This document shows, one piece after another, positions 8,112 to 12,902 of a DNA stretch of 12,902 nucleotides. Origin of the DNA: a virus (Duplodnaviria; Heunggongvirae; Uroviricota; Caudoviricetes); the IMG/VR virus record IMGVR_UViG_2541047884_000004; one strand, written 5' to 3'. The translations under genes were made by a program, and so were the position numbers. Within the stretch, counting starts at the first letter, position 1, and each line of letters opens with the position of its first letter. Below the pieces are notes generated by a model that saw only the letters and a program-made list of their open reading frames with translations, searched no databases and was not told where the DNA came from.

Positions 8112-8665
8112 CTCTGAATTGCAGCATCCGGTTTCACCACAGAAAGGTCGTTTTCTGGCTGGTCAGAGGATTCGCCAGAATTCTCTGACGAATAATCTTT
8201 TCTTTTTTCTTTTGTAATAGTGTCTTTTGTGTCCCCCTGTTTTGAGGGATAGCAATCCCCCAATTTGAGGGATGTTTTATCCCTCGTTTTAGGGGATTTT
8301 CCCTCGTTTTGAGGGATACACCATTCTGAGATGTTTTTATTTGGTCCAAACATGCCGCCTTGCTGCTTGATAATATTCATTCTGACGAGTTCTAACTTGG
8401 CTTCATTGCACCGTTTGACGGGTAACTTTGTAATCTCGCTAAGTTGAGAATCGGTGATTCTGTCCATTGGTTTATTCCATCCATAGGTTTTACGCAGAAT
8501 GGCAAGCAGCACTTTAAACTGTCGCTTGGTCAGATCTGCGCCTGAATAAGCCTCAAGCAGCATATTTGATAGTCTGGCGTAACCATCATCGAGATCTGCC
8601 ACATTACGCTCCTGTTTGGCAAAGTTACCTCTGCAGAAGTTGAGTATTTTTGCTGTATTTGTCAT
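8112..8665 (-). pseudogene. O: Replication initiator O, N-terminal (ori-binding) fragment, truncated by the IS insertion
   Basis: ATG 8665 with AGGAG RBS; MTNTAKILNFCRGNFAKQERNVADLDDGYARLSNMLLEAYSGADLTKRQFKVLLAILRKTYGWNKPMDRITDSQL... matches lambda O. The reading frame runs into the IS end and stops at 8072 after 15 IS-encoded residues. Confidence 0.9.
8185..8317. repeat. ori-lambda-type replication origin inside O: four iterons plus adjacent AT-rich region
   Basis: Four ~18-19 bp near-palindromic repeats of the TCCCTC-N-GAGGGA type (about 8232..8250, 8255..8273, 8279..8297, 8300..8317), flanked by the AT-rich stretch 8185..8231 (tgacgaataatcttttcttttttcttttgtaatagtg). Confidence 0.75.
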
Positions 8666-8697
8666 AATGACTCCTGTGGATTGATCCAGTAATGACC

Positions 8698-8994
8698 TCA
8701 GAATTCCATCTGGATTTGTTCAGAACGCTCGGTTGCCGCCGGGCGTTTTTTATTGGTGAGTCCATCAAGCGCATACTTAAAAGCCCTGCTAATCGGACTG
8801 ATGTCTGATGCCATTCCGAAAGCACACAAGACCGAAGCAATAAATCTCCAGTCCGTTCTGCTTATCTTCGATTCATGACAGCCAATCATCTTTGCCAGAC
8901 CGCGCTGGGTAATAGCTGACAGATTGATAAGTAAATCTGTTTCTGCGCGATCAACGTCACGCTGTGATAGTTTGCTGTAACTTGTTCTTTCCAT
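8698..8994 (-). CDS. cII: CII-like transcriptional activator
   Basis: 98 aa; C-terminal LTNKKRPAATERSEQIQMEF matches lambda CII as recalled, the N-terminal two thirds are divergent. Position between cro and O. Confidence 0.8.
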   Translation of the reverse strand: MERTSYSKLSQRDVDRAETDLLINLSAITQRGLAKMIGCHESKISRTDWRFIASVLCAFGMASDISPISRAFKYALDGLTNKKRPAATERSEQIQMEF

Positions 8995-9079
8995 TTCTTA
9001 AGATTTCCAATAGTGAATAGTTAGTTGAAAGGTATGCGTGGAAACGCATATGGCCTTAGTTGGTCAGATATCTTGGAAC

Positions 9080-9124
9080 TCGCTTTTCAGCGACGTAGGA
9101 CGAATGTCCGTTGTTACAAAGAGC
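9080..9124 (-). promoter_or_regulatory. nutR-like site: boxA, spacer hairpin, boxB hairpin with GAAA loop
   Basis: Minus-strand reading GCTCTTTGTAACAA (boxA-like, 9124..9111), hairpin GGAC-attc-GTCC (9109..9098), hairpin TCGCT-GAAA-AGCGA (9093..9080). It lies just after the cro stop and has the same architecture as the site upstream of N. Confidence 0.5.
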
Positions 9125-9135
9125 GGATCCGCTTA

Positions 9136-9351
9136 TTAAGCGGCTTTGTGTTCCGGCGGGAACACGTCATCAAGACTGACTTTTGCGCCTAACTTGTTTA
9201 GGCACGCAACAAGAGCACGGCATGTTTTAAGGTCTGGGAAGCGACGACCAGATTCCCAATGTCCGATAGCTCCCTGTGTGCATCCAACTGCCTTAGCAAG
9301 TGTTGTTTGAGAGATATTCAGTGACTCTCGATATTTTCGTAGGTTGCTCAT
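9136..9351 (-). CDS. cro: Cro-like repressor (HTH, XRE family)
   Basis: 71 aa from ATG 9351 (MSNLRKYRESLNISQTTLAKAVGCTQGAIGHWESGRRFPDLKTCRALVACLNKLGAKVSLDDVFPPEHKAA), preceded by GGAGGG; divergent from cI. The longer ORF-track form would overlap the operator region and is rejected. Confidence 0.75.
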   Translation of the reverse strand: MSNLRKYRESLNISQTTLAKAVGCTQGAIGHWESGRRFPDLKTCRALVACLNKLGAKVSLDDVFPPEHKAA

Positions 9352-9462
9352 ATGCCCTCCATAGTAAACACGAATAAAAAAATACAATATGTACTTTGCG
9401 AATACAAGTAAAAATACACATTGTGCATGGATGGTTCCAGTACAGAGCGTAATAATAAGGAC
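9352..9462. promoter_or_regulatory. OR region: divergent pR (for cro) and pRM (for cI) with TACA/TGTA-type operator repeats
   Basis: Candidate pR on the minus strand: TTGTAT (9407..9402), 17-bp spacer, TATTTT (9384..9379). Operator-like near-palindromes include TACAATATGTA (9383..9393) and TACAAGTA (9403..9410). The motif at 9382..9397 is shared with the pL region. Candidate pRM -10 TAATAA (9450..9455) lies 7 bp before the cI ATG. Confidence 0.55.
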
Positions 9463-10122
9463 ATGAAAATGAAATGGTATGAACTGGCTAGATCCAGAAT
9501 GAAAGAGCTCGGCATAACTCAAGAGAAGTTAGCCGAAGAGCTAGGTATGACGCAGGGTGGGATTGGACACTGGTTGCGCGGATCTCGTCATCCATCTCTT
9601 AGTGATATTGGTGTGGTGTTTAAATACCTTGGTATTGATAACATATCATTCAACCACGACGGGACATTTTCACCTGTTGGCGAATACTCATCGGCCCCAG
9701 TTAAAAAACAATATGAGTACCCTGTTTTTTCTCATGTTCAGGCTGGGATGTTCTCTCCAGAACTCAGAACCTTTACCAAAGGCGATGCGGAGAGATTGGT
9801 AAGCACAACCAAAAAAGCCAGTGACTCTGCATTCTGGCTTGAGGTTGAAGGTAACTCAATGACCGCACCAACAGGTTCCAAACCCAGCTTTCCTGACGGG
9901 ATGTTAATTCTGGTTGACCCTGAGCAAGCTGTTGAGCCCGGCGATTTCTGCATAGCCAGACTTGGTGGTGATGAATTTACCTTCAAGAAACTGATCAGGG
10001 ATAGCGGTCAGGTGTTTCTACAGCCACTAAACCCACAATACCCAATGATCCCATGCAATGAGAGTTGTTCCGTTGTGGGGAAAGTTATCGCCAGCCAATG
10101 GCCTGAAGAGACGTTTGGGTGA
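9463..10122 (+). CDS. cI: CI prophage repressor: HTH N-terminal domain plus S24 (LexA-like) autocleavage C-terminal domain
   Basis: C-terminal ~150 aa ([71 protein letters not shown]...[10 protein letters not shown]) match lambda CI as recalled, including the GNSM serine and catalytic Lys regions. N-terminal DNA-binding domain differs from lambda. Start taken at ATG 9463 (ATG 9469 also possible). Confidence 0.9.
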   Translation: MKMKWYELARSRMKELGITQEKLAEELGMTQGGIGHWLRGSRHPSLSDIGVVFKYLGIDNISFNHDGTFSPVGEYSSAPVKKQYEYPVFSHVQAGMFSPELRTFTKGDAERLVSTTKKASDSAFWLEVEGNSMTAPTGSKPSFPDGMLILVDPEQAVEPGDFCIARLGGDEFTFKKLIRDSGQVFLQPLNPQYPMIPCNESCSVVGKVIASQWPEETFG

Positions 10123-10161
10123 TGAAACCACTTTTATCTACAATTTACAGGGCGGTAAACA

Positions 10162-10719
10162 TTGGCAAAAATAGATGATTATCAGCCAAGCCAAGTAGAA
10201 GTTGATAAAGTACTTTATTGTAAAAAAATAGTTAACTTTTCTGGCGTTAAATGGAAACAGAAACCAAGTCGCTCTGATATGTGGCTACAAGCCCATATCA
10301 TCCCCTTGGATGAGGATTGTATACCTATACAAGGGCTAAAGTTTGAACTGAAATGGAAACCAGATCAGGATTCAGAACCTGATGACCCGATTTCTTACCC
10401 TAAAATAAATATTATTGCTTTCTATCATAACAAGAGGGTTTTCGCGGTAGATACCTATCACTTTGACAAACACACGAATAGTTACAAGGTCGATCATCCG
10501 AAGTACCAAGATATCATTTACGGTGCTCACTACCATGTATACTATGAAGAAGCTGGATACTATAGTGATAGAATAGCGTTTCCAATCGAAGATGACATAA
10601 ACCCAGATGGCCTGGTAGGGTATTGGAATTACTTCTGTAAACATCTGAACATAACTTACTCTGGGAGAATACCTTTACCGCTTGAAGATGAGTCGGGGCA
10701 AATGGGGTTTGGAATATGA
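10162..10719 (+). CDS. Hypothetical protein, 185 aa, no recognised family; first gene of a two-gene cassette at the rexAB-equivalent locus
   Basis: Long ORF in AT-rich DNA immediately downstream of cI. First in-frame start is TTG at 10162 (preceded by AGGGCGG); no in-frame ATG until codon 40. Hydrophilic, rich in aromatic and acidic residues, no obvious TM segment. Confidence 0.6.
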   Translation: MAKIDDYQPSQVEVDKVLYCKKIVNFSGVKWKQKPSRSDMWLQAHIIPLDEDCIPIQGLKFELKWKPDQDSEPDDPISYPKINIIAFYHNKRVFAVDTYHFDKHTNSYKVDHPKYQDIIYGAHYHVYYEEAGYYSDRIAFPIEDDINPDGLVGYWNYFCKHLNITYSGRIPLPLEDESGQMGFGI

Positions 10720-11468
10720 TGTGCGCAACAGTGATCTCACAACTAGGTTTCGAATGCCATCCAATAGGCAAGACCTTGAGAATTATCAGTCCATTCACTT
10801 ACTGTGATGATGGAGAGCATGTCGGTGCCTTTATCCGTGAAGTCAATGGTAGGTATTTAGTTAGTGACAGATGCGATGCCTTAATGAATATGGAGGCAAG
10901 AGGGATCTCGCTTACCAAAAAACGACTTGATGAGATACGACAATTACTGCTTAAAGAAGGCGCAGAACTCAATGCTCGAGGAGAAATCATTGCTTGGGCA
11001 ACAGAAAAGGATGTCGGTGCGATTACATCGAACATAATTAGAGCTGGTATACTCGCATCAACTTTGTCGTTAGACTGGTATCAGCCAGTTCAAGCTGAAA
11101 AGTTTGAAAGTATGGTTATTGATTATCTATATCACACAGAGCTTAGAGACGCACTTTCTCTTCGTGAAAACGTATATGGCTTGAGTGGACATCAAATTAC
11201 CGTCCCTGTAACAATAAAAACCGACATACCTAAATACGTTTTTACATCAAGCGTGAAACACGGAGGAAGCTGGAATAGTGCTTACTCATTGCTTGGGAAA
11301 CTAATTGATCTTAAAGCTTCAAGTGAGGAGTATAACAACAGATTTGTTGTTATAGACAGCGAAGCAATTGGTGATCAAATGCAACAACTCTCCTTACTCT
11401 TCCATGAATCAAGCCAAGTTCTACCATTCTCCAAAAGAGAGACTTGGGTTAAGAGACTTGCAGCATAA
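10716..11468 (+). CDS. Hypothetical protein, 250 aa, no recognised family; second gene of the cassette
   Basis: ATG 10716 overlaps the stop of the upstream gene (ATGATG...TGA, typical translational coupling). Same strand as cI, followed within 6 nt by an intrinsic terminator. No TM segments apparent. Confidence 0.65.
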   Translation: MMCATVISQLGFECHPIGKTLRIISPFTYCDDGEHVGAFIREVNGRYLVSDRCDALMNMEARGISLTKKRLDEIRQLLLKEGAELNARGEIIAWATEKDVGAITSNIIRAGILASTLSLDWYQPVQAEKFESMVIDYLYHTELRDALSLRENVYGLSGHQITVPVTIKTDIPKYVFTSSVKHGGSWNSAYSLLGKLIDLKASSEEYNNRFVVIDSEAIGDQMQQLSLLFHESSQVLPFSKRETWVKRLAA

Positions 11469-11473
11469 TACAA

Positions 11474-11499
11474 CCCGGCCTCAGCGCCGGGTTTTCTTT
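11474..11499 (+). terminator. Intrinsic terminator ending the cI-cassette transcript (tIMM-equivalent)
   Basis: cccggc / ctcag / gccggg stem-loop followed by GTTTTCTTTG. Confidence 0.6.
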
Positions 11500-11682
11500 G
11501 CCTCACGTTCGCCCACCTAAAAACACATAACCAATTATATTTATTGAAAAATAAATAGATGCAACCCACTAAACCACGCAATTCTGATCTCTCCTTACAT
11601 CGCCGAGGCAATACATCCACGCTAAAAAACAACACTATTAAATACAAAGCGTTATAAAAAACCACGCCAACTTACAACAAAT

Positions 11683-11725
11683 TGTATTGATCTTGTAAAG
11701 TACATATCGTACTATTTAACCGTCA
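11683..11725 (+). promoter_or_regulatory. pL promoter with overlapping OL operator repeats
   Basis: TTGATC (11697..11702), 17-bp spacer, TACTAT (11720..11725). Operator-like inverted repeats TACAACAAATTGTA (11683..11696), TGTAAAGTACA (11704..11714) and AGTACATATCGTACT (11709..11723). The 16-mer AAAGTACATATCGTAC (11707..11722) recurs at OR with two mismatches. Confidence 0.5.
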
Positions 11726-11761
11726 GCAGGACGCTGGAAGCCAAATGGAACAGACTGGCAG

Positions 11762-11806
11762 GCTCTTTAAACAACGTCGACTCTCGACTACGTGGCTGAA
11801 AAGCCA
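11762..11806 (+). promoter_or_regulatory. nutL-like site: boxA, spacer hairpin, boxB hairpin with GAAA loop
   Basis: GCTCTTTAAACAA (11762..11774), hairpin GTCGA-ctc-TCGAC (11776..11788), hairpin TGGCT-GAAA-AGCCA (11793..11806), about 100 nt upstream of N. Confidence 0.5.
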
Positions 11807-11904
11807 GATCACCCAACCACATAAGCTGTGGGATGCAATGCCGAAGCAACCGTCTCAGGAGGAGCTTCGAGATTGCATCGCCAAAGTTTATTCGGGAGGA
11901 ATCC

Positions 11905-12177
11905 ATGTCCAGAAAAACAGAATTTAAAGGCACCGCAGCTTCTCGCCGTAGAGCTCGTCGCGCAAATCTGCAAAGTCAGGAGGCGATCAGCTCCGACAAG
12001 CTACACAGGCCAACCCCTTCACGAGTGGTCTTGCAATGCAAGCTCAAACCAGCAATGAGAGCAGAAGTGATAACTCTGACAACGTTGACCAGAAAATATG
12101 AAGGTTCAACTTGTCTTCCGAACGTAGCTCTTTACGCGGCAGGCTACCGGAAATCAAAACAACTGACGGCGAGATGA
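11905..12177 (+). CDS. N: N-family transcription antiterminator (P22 gp24-like)
   Basis: 90 aa from ATG 11905 with GGGAGGA RBS. N-terminal arginine-rich motif (GTAASRRRARRANLQ); C-terminal LPNVALYAAGYRKSKQLTAR closely resembles the P22 gene 24 protein C-terminus as recalled. First gene after pL/nutL. Confidence 0.75.
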   Translation: MSRKTEFKGTAASRRRARRANLQSQEAISSDKLHRPTPSRVVLQCKLKPAMRAEVITLTTLTRKYEGSTCLPNVALYAAGYRKSKQLTAR

Positions 12178-12193
12178 TAAATTCATTTGCTAA

Positions 12194-12775
12194 TTACTTG
12201 TTTTTGCCATGCTTATCCTGAGCGATAAGTTCATCCATAAGGCTGTCTGCCTTCCCGGCAAACCTAATGTAGCACTCATGTCTATAGCTTTCAGGGATAA
12301 CGAAACGGTCGGTATCAGGATATCCAACAGCAGGAGGCCTTCGAACGAGGAGTCCTTTTTTGAGCAATGAAATTGATTCATGAGCGCCCTTTTCCGTTTG
12401 TAGCTGGTTATTAGCGGCTACAGCGAATGCCAAATACGCTCTTTCTCCAAGAGTTAACGAATCAAACAAATCTTGCACATATTTTTCTTCTTTAGATTTG
12501 CGCTTCTGAGCAGCGAATACCTCAATTCTTTCAGTCACAGCGTGATAAGCGGAATTAACAACGCCGTTAAGCACATAGCTAACGCAAAACAACAGGATGT
12601 AATACATCCAGTAATGAGGAAGGATTTCTGGATTATGCAGGTTTATCCATTCTTTTACGCTTACCGGCATAACAATAATCAATATGATCAGGATGATTAG
12701 CATATGAATCAACTGTTTAAGTGTCATTCCTTGCAGGAAAAAATGCATTAGTTCCTGCCACCATGAGTTGTTCAT
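12194..12775 (-). CDS. sieB: Superinfection exclusion protein B
   Basis: 193 aa from ATG 12775 (MNNSWWQELMHFFLQGMTLKQLIHMLIILIILIIVMPVSVKEW...), hydrophobic N-terminal TM region; near-identical to lambda SieB as recalled. Convergent with N. Confidence 0.85.
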   Translation of the reverse strand: MNNSWWQELMHFFLQGMTLKQLIHMLIILIILIIVMPVSVKEWINLHNPEILPHYWMYYILLFCVSYVLNGVVNSAYHAVTERIEVFAAQKRKSKEEKYVQDLFDSLTLGERAYLAFAVAANNQLQTEKGAHESISLLKKGLLVRRPPAVGYPDTDRFVIPESYRHECYIRFAGKADSLMDELIAQDKHGKNK

Positions 12776-12809
12776 CGGCGTTTCTCTTTTGCTCTCTGTA
12801 GGGGTGAAT

Positions 12810-12902
12810 TGAACCGCCCCGGGTTTCCTGGAGAGTGTTTTATCTGTGAACTCAGGCTGCCAGATCATCGTTTCCGATGGAAGCATAATAAGCTTTTTCT
12901 GC
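12810..12902 (-). mobile_element. End of a second IS3-family (IS629/IS1203-like) copy, inverted relative to the first; continues beyond the window
   Basis: 12810..12902 is the reverse complement of 8019..8111, the right end of the complete copy including its terminal inverted repeat and the 3' end of OrfB. Confidence 0.88.

Noticed and set aside
7927-8217. 96-aa plus-strand ORF spanning the IS right end into the AT-rich ori flank
   Set aside because: Starts inside the transposase gene in another frame and runs across the inverted repeat; a read-through artefact, although outward transcription from the IS end cannot be excluded.
8232-8317. Short direct repeats considered as a possible CRISPR array
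   Set aside because: Only four repeats, each an internal palindrome, contiguous rather than spaced by unique spacers, and inside the O gene; this is the ori iteron array.
8134-8349. 71-aa minus-strand ORF over the ori iterons
   Set aside because: Alternative frame of the O N-terminal coding region; created by the repetitive iteron sequence.
8625-8840. 71-aa minus-strand ORF
   Set aside because: Out-of-frame overlap with cII and the O start region.
9421-9462. 5' extension of the cI ORF ([14 protein letters not shown])
   Set aside because: Would start inside the operator region; ATG 9463 or 9469 is more consistent with a pRM-type arrangement.
9352-9522. 5' extension of the cro ORF ([12 protein letters not shown]...)
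   Set aside because: Would run through the operator/promoter region and into cI on the opposite strand; ATG 9351 has a strong RBS and gives a normal 71-aa Cro.
9557-9986. ORFs 9557..9802 (+) and 9738..9986 (-)
   Set aside because: Both inside cI in other frames or strands.
10372-11035. Three minus-strand ORFs antisense to the unknown cassette
   Set aside because: Translations are Ile/Phe/Val-rich as expected from antisense AT-rich DNA; the sense ORFs are longer, coupled and followed by a terminator.
11375-11665. 96-aa minus-strand ORF
   Set aside because: Runs backwards through the tIMM-like terminator into the end of the cassette; no RBS; inconsistent with the transcription units inferred here.
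11745-11927. 60-aa plus-strand ORF upstream of N
   Set aside because: Covers the nutL boxA/boxB elements and overlaps the N start in another frame; N-type operons have an untranslated nut leader.
11712-12058. ORFs 11712..11933 (-) and 11828..12058 (+)
   Set aside because: Overlap pL/nutL and N in other frames or strands.
12190-12700. ORFs 12190..12381 (-) and 12473..12700 (+)
   Set aside because: Alternative frame and antisense within sieB.
12776-12886. 5' extension of the sieB ORF ([25 protein letters not shown]...)
   Set aside because: These codons are IS-derived; the same peptide appears at the other IS copy's end. The genuine sieB start is ATG 12775.

Overview
This window reads as a mosaic lambdoid prophage segment of the E. 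coli/Shigella type, covering about two thirds of the genome map from the lysis cassette to the immunity region. No database search could be run; all identifications rest on reading the ORF translations, recalled protein families and motifs found by eye. On the minus strand the order is cro, cII, O (split by an insertion sequence), P, ren, a nin region (ninB, Dam-type methyltransferase, ninE, NinX-like, ninF remnant, rusA, ylcG-like), Q, then pinholin, SAR endolysin and the start of Rz. An OmpC-family porin sits on the opposite strand between Q and the lysis genes. On the plus strand are cI, a two-gene AT-rich cassette of unrecognised function in the position lambda uses for rexAB, a terminator, pL/OL, nutL and a P22 gp24-like N; sieB is convergent on the minus strand. 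A complete 1310-bp IS3-family element (IS629/IS1203-like) with a 3-bp CTC target duplication splits O just beside ori, so the prophage is probably replication-defective. A second copy of the same element, inverted, starts 35 bp upstream of sieB and runs off the window. The most interesting feature is the unrecognised cassette at 10162..11468, a candidate exclusion or defence system.
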